A stretch of DNA of 64,000 nucleotides, from assembly GCA_963833985.1 (NCBI GenBank), contig CAWIAD010000001.1:928001-992000 (forward strand), read 5' to 3'. Positions 41,046 to 54,500 of the stretch are shown here, piece by piece (the stretch's first letter is position 1; every line of letters starts with the position of its first letter). The translations under genes were made by a program, and so were the position numbers. The stretch comes from an uncultured Planctomycetaceae bacterium (GTDB taxonomy: Bacteria > Planctomycetota > Planctomycetia > Isosphaerales > Isosphaeraceae). The notes under the pieces are model-generated. The model was not told where the DNA came from. It ran no database searches and saw only the letters and a program-made list of their open reading frames with translations.

Positions 41046-41378
41046 ACGCAATCGCGCAAGCGGTGGCCCTGTGCGTCCGGATCCGGCCCCAGGCGCTTTC
41101 TCTGAACAAAACGCGGCGTTTGCCCGGGACGAGTTGTATCGGCGCGGTTCTGAAGCCGAGGAGCGGAAGCTTCTGGGCAAGACCCGCGCCAGCTTGTTTC
41201 TTTAGCCACCCTGGACCGGTTCCGTTCGCAACCGCACTGTAACCGCGCGTATCGCTTTTCTTCTCTCATGCCTGGCGGGTGCGAGCGGGCCGTACAGGTT
41301 AGCAACGCGGGCCCGTTCGACCGGCAAGGTTGCGATCGAAACGCCCATTCACGTCCACGAATTCAAAGGATCATACCC

Positions 41379-41867
41379 ATGCTGGGCGAACCCAGTTCGC
41401 TTGCGATCTCCGCGCCTCGCCATGTGCCCAGCGGTGCACGCAAAGCCTCGAAGGCAGCGCCTCGCCTGGAGCCTCTGGAGCACAGGGAGCTGCTTGCCGG
41501 CGGCGGTCTGAATGACGTTTCCATGGCGCTGAGCACCGACAGGCCTGAGTACCATCGGGGACAGTCCATCGTGATGACGCTGACCGAGACGAACACCAGC
41601 CAGCACGACATGACGGTGTACCTCGGCCCCAGCAATGACGGCTTCATCGCGACGGTGGGCGGGCGCGAGGTCTGGACCTCCAACCCTGGTCCTCAGCCGA
41701 TGTGGCTCGTCCCGAAGACGATCCGGCCGGGCAAATCCATCACGATCACGGTCCGCTGGAACGGCCAGGCGAACTTCAATGGCTCGGGCCCGGTGACCGG
41801 TCATATCGTGATCCGCTCGGAACTGGCGGGCTCCCCCCGCACCAGCATCCAGCTCCTCAGCTCCTGA
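41379..41867 (+). CDS. Small exported protein with a planctomycete LEPLExRxLL motif and one Ig-like (BsuPI-like) domain
   Basis: AAAGGA RBS; RLEPLEHRELLA; LSTDRPEYHRGQSIVMTLTETN...IRPGKSITITVRWNG. Confidence 0.6.
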   Translation: MLGEPSSLAISAPRHVPSGARKASKAAPRLEPLEHRELLAGGGLNDVSMALSTDRPEYHRGQSIVMTLTETNTSQHDMTVYLGPSNDGFIATVGGREVWTSNPGPQPMWLVPKTIRPGKSITITVRWNGQANFNGSGPVTGHIVIRSELAGSPRTSIQLLSS

Positions 41868-42021
41868 CCGTCAGCCCTCCCGGCTTGTCCTCTCTGAGCA
41901 AGTCGTCTCTCCTCACCACAGTCCGGCGGCGGTTCGCCAGTGCGGGCGGACCGCCGCCGGCCCGCGCAGGGTGCCGAGCCTCGGCCGTCCGTCGCGTCGG
42001 ACCCAATCGCCGACTATTTTC

Positions 42022-42050
42022 TTGACTCGCCCCTGCCGTGCCGTTAGGGT
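42022..42050 (+). promoter_or_regulatory. Putative sigma70-type promoter for ppdK
   Basis: TTGACT-N17-TAGGGT, about 235 nt upstream of the ppdK ATG. Confidence 0.45.
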
Positions 42051-42284
42051 GAGTTCTAATAAGGAATCACCAATTGAAGCGTTGCCGGCGGACAGTCTGC
42101 GCACTTGTGCTGCCAGTGTCTGGCCGCCGTTTTTCTTCAACGACCGAAGAGAACGTCATGACCGGGGGACTGCGGAAGGAACCGCTCCCACCGAGATCGC
42201 CGGTGCGAGCTGGCGAGCTTCCGGCCCTGCCATACCTGAGCTGTCGTTGAATTTCTTGACTCGTTTCGGGAGTCTTCCAGTCCG

Positions 42285-44960
<2,676 letters not shown>

Positions 44961-45151
44961 GCTGACTGACACCCGCTGGAACCATCCATCATGCGGAATG
45001 GGGACGACCGTCCTCATTCCGCATTTTCATTTCGCCACCCTTCATGAGCCAGCCGCGGCTCACAACCGGCCGCCGGCCCACTTGAGCCACTGGGGATTGT
45101 CCGTCGCGTAGAATGCGCGTGTCGGGATTCCGGAATTCGCGAGCCGAGGTG

Positions 45152-46465
45152 ATGATGACGAGCAATGATGGAAACGCGGCTGCACGGCCGCAGCGTGTTG
45201 ATCCGCTTGGCAGGCGGGAGCTGATCCTGTTACTGGTTCTGGCCTCCGTCCAGTTCTTCAGCATCGTCGATTTCATGGTGGTCATGCCGCTGGGGCCGCA
45301 GCTCAATCGAACGCTGGGCATCAATACCCGCCAGTTCGGTCTGGTGGTCGCCTCGTACACCGTCGCCGCGGGCATCGCCGGACTGCTGGGCTCGGCGGTG
45401 CTCGACCGATTCGGCCGCAGGCGTGCGTACCTGGGGCTGTTCACCGGCTTTCTGCTCGGCACGCTGCTCTGCGGATTATCCGTCAACTACGCAACCTTGT
45501 TGCTGGCCCGGGTCGTCACCGGGGTGTTCGGAGGGATCCTTGGCGGCATGGCCTTGGCGATCGTCGGCGACGTGTTTCCCGAAGAGCGGCGCGGCCGGGC
45601 CACGGGCGTCCTGATGTCTGCCTTCGCGCTGGCGTCGGTGCTCGGCGTGCCCATCTGCATTGCCCTGGGCGACCGGTTCGGCTGGCATGTGCCGTTCGTC
45701 TTGCTGGCGGCCGTCGGCCTGCCGTTTCTGTTCCTCGGGTCCTGGGTGCTTCCTCCCTTGCGCGATCACCTCACCGGCGCGGTGCACGCCCACCCGCTGG
45801 CCCAGCTGCGCGACACGTTCCGCCACCCCAATAACCTCCGTGCCTTCGCGCTCACGTTCATGATCATGTTCGGCGGTTTCTCGATCATCCCCTACATCAG
45901 CCTGTACCTGGTGGGCAATGTGGGCGTCAGCGAGACCGACCTGACCTGGGTCTACATGACCGGCGGGCTGCTCACGCTCGTGGGCGCGCCGCTGATCGGC
46001 CGGCTGGCCGACCGCTTCGGCAAGGTGTTCATCTACCGGATCGTCGCGTTGGTCGCGGCCGGATTCATGCTGGTGATGACGAACCTGCCGCCCGTTCCTC
46101 TGGCCGTGGCGATGGTGGTCTTCGGGGCGCTCATGCTCTGCAATGCCGGGCGGATGGTGGCCGGCATGGCGATCGTGACCGGATCGGTCGTCGCTCGCCA
46201 GCGGGGCAGCGCGATGAGCGCGAATTCCGCCGTGCAGCACCTCGCCTCCGGCCTGGGAGCCCTGGTGGCTGGCCAGATCATCGTCCCCAGCACCGTCCTT
46301 GTGCATTTTGAATGGGTTGGACTGATGGGTGCGGCAGCGACCTTGCTGTCGATCTGGCTGGCCGGCTGGGTCCGGACGGACGTGCGTTCCGTGACGCCAC
46401 AGTGGGAATCCCCTGGTCTGGCGCAGCCCGAGTACCAGGCGTTTCCCGCCAGCGAATCCCTTTGA
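45152..46465 (+). CDS. MFS transporter (DHA1-like)
   Basis: About 12 hydrophobic segments; LDRFGRRR; GRLADRFGK; FPEERRGRATG. Confidence 0.9.
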   Translation: MMTSNDGNAAARPQRVDPLGRRELILLLVLASVQFFSIVDFMVVMPLGPQLNRTLGINTRQFGLVVASYTVAAGIAGLLGSAVLDRFGRRRAYLGLFTGFLLGTLLCGLSVNYATLLLARVVTGVFGGILGGMALAIVGDVFPEERRGRATGVLMSAFALASVLGVPICIALGDRFGWHVPFVLLAAVGLPFLFLGSWVLPPLRDHLTGAVHAHPLAQLRDTFRHPNNLRAFALTFMIMFGGFSIIPYISLYLVGNVGVSETDLTWVYMTGGLLTLVGAPLIGRLADRFGKVFIYRIVALVAAGFMLVMTNLPPVPLAVAMVVFGALMLCNAGRMVAGMAIVTGSVVARQRGSAMSANSAVQHLASGLGALVAGQIIVPSTVLVHFEWVGLMGAAATLLSIWLAGWVRTDVRSVTPQWESPGLAQPEYQAFPASESL

Positions 46466-46483
46466 AGCTCGCCGCAAGAATGC

Positions 46484-47997
46484 TCACGCGTGCGGGCGTT
46501 CCTTGTGGTAATGGCCAATGACTGTCTCGACAGCCCGGCGCCATCGTTCCATGGCGCGCGACCGCCACGCGTAATCACGGGCGGGCGCGAATGTTTGCTC
46601 GCCCGATTCCAGCAGTTCGAGCACCCTGGCCCGACCGCTCCAGAGCCCCACACCAAGCCCGGCCAGCACCGCAGCCCCCAGAGCGGTCGACTCGCTTTGC
46701 GGGCTGCGCCGGATCGGCCGGCCGAGGACGTCGGCCTGGAATTGCAGGAAGGCGTCCGACCGGGCCATCCCGCCGTCCACCCGCAGTTCGGCGAGCACGC
46801 CGCCGAGGTCGTCCTGCACGGCCTCGATCAGGTCGGCGATCTGGAAGGCGACTCCTTCCAGTGTGGCCCGCGCGATATCGGCCACGGTGCTGCCCCGGGT
46901 GAGCCCGAAGAGGGTTCCGCGCGCCTCGGGCTTCCAGTGCGGGGCCCCCAGGCCAGTCAGGGCCGGCACGAAGGTGACCTCGCAATCGGGGTGGCCTTCC
47001 AGGGCCAGCGCGCCGATCTCGGGCGCCGCGCCGATCGCCTTGAGCCCGTCACGAAACCACTGCACCGCCGCGCCGGCAATGAACACACTTCCTTCCAGGG
47101 CGAACTGCGCCGGCTCGCCCACCAGCGAGGCGGCACGCGTGGAGATGAGCCCGCTGCTGGAACGGGCGACGTGAGCGCCTGTATGGGCCAGCAGGAACGC
47201 ACCGGTGCCATACGTGCACTTGGCCTGCCCCGGGTCCAGGCAGCCCTGGCCCACAAGGGAAGCCTGCTGGTCGCCGGCCACCCCGGTGATGGGAATGCCA
47301 TCGGGAAGATAATCCAGGCCGGAGGTCACGCCAAAATCCCCCGCGCTGGGGCGGATCGCCGCCAATATTCCGCGTGGCACCTCGAATAGGTCACAGAGTG
47401 ATTCAGCGTACTGGCCGGTTTCCAGCTCCATCAGAAGGGTGCGTGACGCGTTCGTGACATCGGTCAGGTGCTGCCGGCCGCCGGTGAGATGCCAGATGAT
47501 CAGGGTATCAACGGTCCCCGCGGCCAGTTCGCCCGCGTCCGCGCACGGCGCGCCCCGGGTACGTGATCGAGAATCCAGGCCATCTTGGTCGCCGAGAAAT
47601 AAGGGTCGAGGACCAGGCCGGTGGTCTGGGAGATCCATGCCGCCTGGCCGTGCAGGCGACCGCAGGCGGCTGCCGTTCTGCGATCTTGCCAGACCAGCGC
47701 GGGTGCGATTGGACGGCCGGTCGCACGCTCCCAGAGGATGGTCGTTTCACGCTGATTGGTCAGTCCGATGGCTGCAATCCGGTCCGCTCTCACACCCGCG
47801 TCAAGCAAGGCGAGCGTCACCTGAGACCCGACCGATGCAATCAGGGCGTCGGCGTCATGTTCGACCCAGCCGGATCGCGGGTAAGAGGGCAAGACCTCCG
47901 CCTGCCCTTGACCGGCCACCTGGAGTCTTGCATCGTACACAACCGCCCGCGTGCTGGTGGTTCCCTGGTCGATCACCAGGAGATGGTCGCGTGCCAT
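46484..47997 (-). CDS. glpK: Glycerol kinase; frameshift near 47545
   Basis: IDQGTTSTRA; GWVEHD; TNQRET; WQDRRT; DPYFSATK; TDVTNASRT; AGDQQA; KCTYGTGAF; VPALTGLGAPHW; LRVDGG. Confidence 0.95.
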
Positions 47998-48066
47998 GTG
48001 CTTGCTGATCCCTCTGCTTGAGACTGGCAGATCCGTCGAGGATACTCCTTCCCACTGAGGCAAACC

Positions 48067-48519
48067 ATGGACAAGACGACGATCTACGAATGCCTGGGCT
48101 TCGTGCTCGGGTTCCTGGGCATCGGCATCGCCTATTACGCCATCCACCTGGGCATCAGGCTGGAGCGCACGAAGCGCGAGCTCGAGCACAAGGAGCGAAT
48201 GCGGGCGCTGGAGCTCGGCCGCAAGATGCCCGGCGAGGGACCCTGGCTCTCGCCCTTGAAGGCGGGGGTGCTGGTTGCGGCCGTCGTACCGATTGGCGTT
48301 TCGGCCATGGCCTACCTGTCCAGCCTTGCGGTCGGCTTCCAGGATGGCATCTGGCAGGTCGCGGGGATCGTGAGTTGTTTCGCGGTCGTCTGCGGCACCG
48401 TGCTCACGGGCCACGCCTTCTCGCGGCAATCGGAGAGTTTATTCACAAACCAGGTTCCCGTGCACAAGGAGCCGGTCGAGGAAGATCTCTACGACGTCGT
48501 CTCGGCGCGGCAGAACTGA
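48067..48519 (+). CDS. Small membrane protein (DUF6249-like), paralog 1
   Basis: GAGG RBS; TM helix then ELEHKERMRALELG; two more TM helices; ends YDVVSARQN. Confidence 0.65.
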   Translation: MDKTTIYECLGFVLGFLGIGIAYYAIHLGIRLERTKRELEHKERMRALELGRKMPGEGPWLSPLKAGVLVAAVVPIGVSAMAYLSSLAVGFQDGIWQVAGIVSCFAVVCGTVLTGHAFSRQSESLFTNQVPVHKEPVEEDLYDVVSARQN

Positions 48520-48561
48520 GCACTCGCTGGAGTAGGTATAGCAAGCAGAGAGGGTGAACCC

Positions 48562-49023
48562 ATGATCGAACCCGTGATTATTCCCATTTTTGGCATCATG
48601 CTGCCGCTTGTGCTGGTGCCCAGCATCATCACGCTCGTTCACCGGCACAAACGCCGCGAGTGGCAGCACCAGGAGCGGCTCCGCGCCATCGAAATGGGCT
48701 TGCCCGTGGCGCCGGGCCGGCCGTGGCTGGGAGGTGCCGCCGTGACGGCCATCGCTGCCGGCGTGCCCGCGGCCTCGGTGCTCGGTGCGATCGTCGCGAC
48801 GCTGAACATTCCGCTCTCGCAGCCCGATTACCTTGCGATCATTGCCGTCATCTGGGTCTGCGCATCCCTCATCAGCGCCGTCGCCCTGCTGACCGGTCTG
48901 ATCCTCGGGGTCCTGCTGCTGCGGTCAAAGCCGCACAGTCTCACCGTGGACCAGTTCCCGGCGAACACCAAGCCGGCCTTTGAGCCCGACGCCTACGACG
49001 TGGTCTCCAGCCGCGGAGCCTGA
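48562..49023 (+). CDS. Small membrane protein (DUF6249-like), paralog 2
   Basis: TM helix then EWQHQERLRAIEMG; two more TM helices; ends YDVVSSRGA. Confidence 0.65.
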   Translation: MIEPVIIPIFGIMLPLVLVPSIITLVHRHKRREWQHQERLRAIEMGLPVAPGRPWLGGAAVTAIAAGVPAASVLGAIVATLNIPLSQPDYLAIIAVIWVCASLISAVALLTGLILGVLLLRSKPHSLTVDQFPANTKPAFEPDAYDVVSSRGA

Positions 49024-50352
49024 GCCGGTGTCTTGACCGCTCCATCGCGACAGGCCTGCTCCAGCCCAGACCGCCATGAGCGGCTCGATGGGGATGTGGA
49101 ACCGCGCCGAGACGATCGTCAGCGCGTGAAACGCGGAGATCACCAGTGCCGTCGCCACCAGGGGCCAGAGCCTCCGCCGGACCCCCGAAGCGGCAAGTGC
49201 GAGCCCTGCGATCGCTCCCGATAATAGCGCGAGGTGGCTGGCCCGGTACACCCACACCCGGGTCTTGGGATTCGTCTCGTCGAAGATCCAGAAGTAGCGC
49301 AGCCGGCGCAGGCAAAGGCCAGGATAGCGTCCCGGGCGCTCGCTCAACTCGGCGATCGCACGCCGCCAGAGGATCCGCGACCGCTCCGGCTCGGAGACCG
49401 CCGCCAGCTCTTCGATGTCGGCACGCGAAAGTGCGATGTCGTCGATGTAGCCGGCCTCGTGACGCGCCGCCCAGAGACGGCGATTCAGGCCGGCCAGCCC
49501 GGGGTCCCCGGCACCGCCGTCGAGCACGCGCTGCACGCTCTGGCGGACCACCTTGTCCGTCCCCTCGCTGAGCGCACAGTTTCCCTGCCAGAACGCATAG
49601 CCAAACGTACTCTTGATGGCCACGAACTCGCCGTGCACCCGCGCATTGCGCACCATCCAGGGTGCAATGCCCACGCCGGCGGTGAGCAGGACCAGGCTCG
49701 CCAGGCGGGCCGCCTGCCCGAGCGTGCAGCCGCGTTGCACGGTCGCTCGCCCCAGCATCCAGAGCGCGCCGGGTGCTACTAGAGCAAGGATCGGGTCGCA
49801 GAGCACCAGCAAGGCGAGCAGCAACCCGGTGAGAAGGGCCGTCGCCGCCCGCTGATCGGCACCCGCCTTATGAGCCCATGCCAGCACCCAGACCACGAGC
49901 GTCGCCGCCAGTCCCGAGACCTGCACGTGCGTGGCTGCGTAAACCAGAGTAGGGTGCACGGCGGCAATGAATCCGGCTCCCAGGCTTACCGCCGGACAGT
50001 TCGGCGCCACCGCACGCGCCAGACGGATTGTCCCCAGCACCAGCAGACCGCCCAGCGCCGCCTGGCACAGCTCCAGGATCAGCAGGGCCCGCGGGGTTTC
50101 CACGCCTCCCGCGGCATACGCCAGCGCCACCAGGGCCGGATAGACGGGTGCCTGCTGCGATGTTGGGCCCGTCGCTCCCAGGAAGCGAACCGTGAACCCC
50201 CGTCCGGCTAAGAGGTTGGCGGCGATCTCGCCATGCTCATACGTGCTGCGCGGCACGTGGTGGCTTTGAAGCACCAGCACGGCCCCCGCACGAAGCAGTA
50301 CGGCCAGCGCCACCAGGACAGCGTGGAATCGAGTCCCGCGTCGTACGCACAT
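48925..50352 (-). CDS. Multi-pass GT-C (ArnT/PMT-like) glycosyltransferase
   Basis: YEHGEIAANLLAGRGF; APVYP; PWMVRN; GYAFWQGN; ARFHIPIEP; many TM segments; 3' end overlaps the convergent gene. Confidence 0.7.
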   Translation of the reverse strand: MCVRRGTRFHAVLVALAVLLRAGAVLVLQSHHVPRSTYEHGEIAANLLAGRGFTVRFLGATGPTSQQAPVYPALVALAYAAGGVETPRALLILELCQAALGGLLVLGTIRLARAVAPNCPAVSLGAGFIAAVHPTLVYAATHVQVSGLAATLVVWVLAWAHKAGADQRAATALLTGLLLALLVLCDPILALVAPGALWMLGRATVQRGCTLGQAARLASLVLLTAGVGIAPWMVRNARVHGEFVAIKSTFGYAFWQGNCALSEGTDKVVRQSVQRVLDGGAGDPGLAGLNRRLWAARHEAGYIDDIALSRADIEELAAVSEPERSRILWRRAIAELSERPGRYPGLCLRRLRYFWIFDETNPKTRVWVYRASHLALLSGAIAGLALAASGVRRRLWPLVATALVISAFHALTIVSARFHIPIEPLMAVWAGAGLSRWSGQDTGSGSAAGDHVVGVGLKGRLGVRRELVHGETVRL

Positions 50353-51566
50353 TCATCAATTCTCCGGTCGCTGCGAACCCCGAGTTGCCGGCGCGGACGC
50401 TTTCTCCGGGGCCGCCTCCTGGATGACGCCGGGATTCTGCGATAAGGCGTCGTGAGGGTCAACCCGGATCAACGAACCTCCTGCGCAGTCTCTGCGTTGC
50501 CGGGGAGCAGCGACGCACCGGCGCGGGGGCGGGATCGTACGGCACGGTCCTGATGTGTCTTGAACAAGCGACTTTCATGTTTATCAAATGTGAACCAAGA
50601 AAACGCCCAGTGTCCGGGGCAGGTTCTCACTCAAAGCCGCGTACAATGTGGTCTGCCGGCTGGTCGCTGGCGCGTCGGGGCCATCAGGTCCGTTTGCGAT
50701 GCGCCGGCCTGGGGCATGGTTCGGGCCATGGCCGGTCCCGGACTTCTCGTTCTTTCCCGTCGTGCAAGAAACGAAGTCGTGCGGGACAACGGCACGCTTT
50801 TTTTCCTTTTTCTGACGTTAGTCGCTGGATTCGACAAGATCGCATCGTTATGATCGTCGCCGGCACCATGGAATTCGCACTGGATCGGCGAGATCAACTC
50901 TCGGGATGCATTATTCATCATCCCGGACCCGGCTCGGAGGCTCCCCCAGCGCAGGCACGATTCGATTCCGCCTGATGGATCGGTTCCCCAAACTTGCTCA
51001 GTCCGCCTGTTCTGACCGCCCCATGGTCCGAGGCCTCCTGCCGCCATACGGAACCGTGCATTTGTGTTATTTCCACGCACTTGCCAACATCTTCCGCCGA
51101 AAAAAAAACGGATGATTCGAGAATTTGTTTGACTGTTCCGGGATGCCTATGGTTAGCTTCTTCCATGAATGAACGGCAAGGTGTTAGGGATGGGTGCTCC
51201 GATCCGTGAATCCATACCGCTGACAACGCTCGATGTTGTTTCTGTGTGCAAAGGTGCTCCATTCGTGGTGTGCGGCCCGCCCTGATCCAGGGCCGGAGGA
51301 AGCTGGTCCTTCCTGCTCCTGGTCATGGGCTGCACGAAAAAACGCGGGGTGTTAACCGAGCCAGGGTTGGCTCGAGGCGGAGTCCTCATCGTCTGGTCGC
51401 TGCTCTGGCAGCGACGTCTGCACCAGCAGCCCGGTTGGTTTTTTGAAGTTGCGACGGACGCTCTCGCGACGGATCTGTTCGCCGGATCGTTGTGCGCTAA
51501 CTCATTGCAATATATCTCCCCGTCATTTTCCATTCGCGGAAGTTTTCTTCACTGAGGGGCAACTCG

Positions 51567-54500
51567 ATGAAGCGATCGAAGACGTACAGCCAGGTGGTTC
51601 GCAAGGCCGATCGTCGTTTCTCCGCTCGGACTTCGACCCATGCGCGGCGCCGCGCTGCGGATATGAAGCTCGAGTCGCTCGAGGAGCGAACGCTGCTTTC
51701 GACCACCAAGCCCCTGCTTCCGTCCGGACCGGTGGGCCTTGGCCCCACCTACACCGCGCTTTCTGAGCAGGCCCACGGCGTGACCCTGTCGTCGTCGCCC
51801 ACAAACACGTTCGCCCCCGGCAGCACGGGCGGTCCCGGCGGCTCGACCACCGTGTCGATGACCGAGCTGGAGGCGTACCTGAAGCAGCTCACGGCCAGCT
51901 TGAACAAGGTCAACGGCCAGGGCCCGGGTGCAACCAAGGCCCAGGCGCCAGCGCCCGGACCAGGGAATTATTACGCGAACAATCAAGATAACCCGCAGCA
52001 GGAAAGCCAGCCCGTCTACAGCGTGAATGATCCGGCCGCACAGTTGACCAGGCTGCGGATCGACCCCAGCTTGACGGGCATCTCCACACCCGCGGTCGAT
52101 CCGTCGGTCATCGCCGGCTTCAACGGCATGAACTTCCTGGACTCGGTCAACGGTTACATCCCCCCTGACACCAGCATCGCCGTGGGCAGCCAGTACGTCG
52201 TCGAGACGGTGAACGCCCAGATCCAGTTCTACAACAAGGCGACCGGCCAGGCGATGCTGCCGAACACGCCCTTGTACAACTTCTTCGGCCAGCCCTTCGA
52301 GTCGCCTTATGAAGCCGTCGTCACCTATGACGACATTGCCAAACGCTTCGTCGTCGCCTCCAATACCGGCTCAGGCGACATGCTGCTGGCTGTCTCCAAG
52401 GACAGCAACCCGATGGACGGGTTCAGCACGTACGACCTGCCGGTGAGCCAGTCTGGCTGGTTCAACGCAACCACCCGCATGGGCTGGAACGCGGACGAGC
52501 TGGTCGTCACGTTCGACCAGTATTCCTATTACGGGTACGCTCCGCAGGTCGAGGTGATCTCGCTCGCCGCCAGCTCGCTCTTCGCGAGCTCGCCGCCTAC
52601 CTCCCTGAGCCAGGGAACCGATTACTTCGTCAACAATCGCACCAGCAACGATTTCGGCCTGGCCCCCGCGACGATGCACGGCGCAGCGCCCGGAACGCCG
52701 ATGTACTTCGTCGAAGAGAACTCGATCGGCAACGGCGGCGCGCTGCGCGTGGTGGCAGGCAGCAACCTTCTGAGCAGCAGCCCTTCGTACACTGACACCG
52801 TCGTGTCCGTCGATTCTTACACCGAGCCTCCCGCCGCCACCCAGCCCTCCGGCAGCATCAGCACCAACAATTCCGAGATCCTCACCGCGGACTACCGCGA
52901 CGGCCTGCTGGTTGCGGGTCAGAATGTGGGCCTGACCACCGACAGCGACGTCCATGCCCGCTGGTACGAGGTGAGCACCAGCGGCACGCCGTCGCTCGTC
53001 CAGGACGGGACCATTTCCCCCGCTCCCGGAACAGACACGTATTTCCCGGCGCTCGCCATCGCGCCTGGCGACGTCATCGGCATGACCTACAACGAGTCAT
53101 CCCTCACCGAGTATCCCTCGGTCTACGTCACCGGCCGGACCACGAGCACGCCCACTGGCACCATGCAGACGCCGATGCTGGCCGTGTCCGGCACGGCTAC
53201 TTATTCCGACTTCGCCGGCAACGTGTGGGGCAGCTTCAGCGGGCTGGCCGTCGACCCGACCGACGGCAGCTTGTGGAGCGGCGCCGAGTACTCGACCTCG
53301 ACTCTTTCCGGCTACCCGGCCAACTGGGCCACCTGGATCTCGCATTTCTCGGTGGCACTCTCCGTGGTCTCCAGCAGCCCGGCGGGCGGCTCGATCGTCT
53401 CTGGCACGGCCCCGACCAGCTTCTCGCTCAAGTTCTCCGAGCCGGTCGACCCCAGCTCCATCACGGCCGCGAACTTCACGGTCGACGGCACGGCCGCGAG
53501 CGCCGATTCGGTGAGCGCTGATGGTCTCACCGTCACCTACACGTTCGCCAAGACGCCCCTGGTCACCCAGGGCACCGAGACGATGAGCCTGCCGGCCGGC
53601 GCGCTGAAGGCGGCCAGCGACGAGAGCGGCAATGTCGCCTTCGATGCCACGTTCCAGTACGTCAAGGCACAGCTCTCCGTCACCGCCACCAGCCCGGCCG
53701 TAGGGTCGATCCTGAACGCCCCGGTCACGGACCTGATCGTCCAGTTCAACACGGCGTTCAACCCCTACACCGTCAGCGCCAGCGATTTCCAGGTCAGCCA
53801 GGGAAGCGTCCTGAAAGCCGTTCCGGTCACCAACCAGGCGGTGGACCTGACGCTCTCGGGCGTCACCCAGGACGGCAGCCTGACCCTCACCATCCCCGCA
53901 GGCGCCATCCTCGACCCCTTCGGCGTGGGCAACGTCGCCTTCAGCGGCAGCTACATCATCCAGGTCAATTCCCAACCGTTTCCGACCACCTTCTCCCAGG
54001 TGCCTCCAGCCGGCAGCCTGATCTATGATCCCTCGGTCACCGGGGCCATCAACTTCACCGGCGACACGGATACCTACACGCTTTCCCTGGCCGCGAACCA
54101 GAACATCACACTGGTCCTGGCCACCGATCCCAGCCTCATTGGCGCTGTCCAGCTTGTGAATTCCAGCGGGCACATCGTCGCCTCGGCCGTGGCCTCGTCA
54201 GCCGGTGCCACGGTGGTCCTCCAGACCGGTCAAGTGGCCACGGCCGGTACCTACTCGCTGGTCGTCGCCGGTGCCCAGGCCAGCCAGGGCAATTACACGC
54301 TCTCGGCCATCCTCAACGCCGCCTACAAGCAGTCGAGCGACAACATCAGCTCGATCGGCCAGGCGTATGACCTGACGGGCGCCTTCGCCAGTCTGGGAAC
54401 GACTCCCACGTCCGATCGCGCCGGGGTGGTCGGCACCTTCGGTACCGAGGGCGACTACTACAGCTTCTTCTTGAACGCGGGACAAAGCGCCACCATCGCC

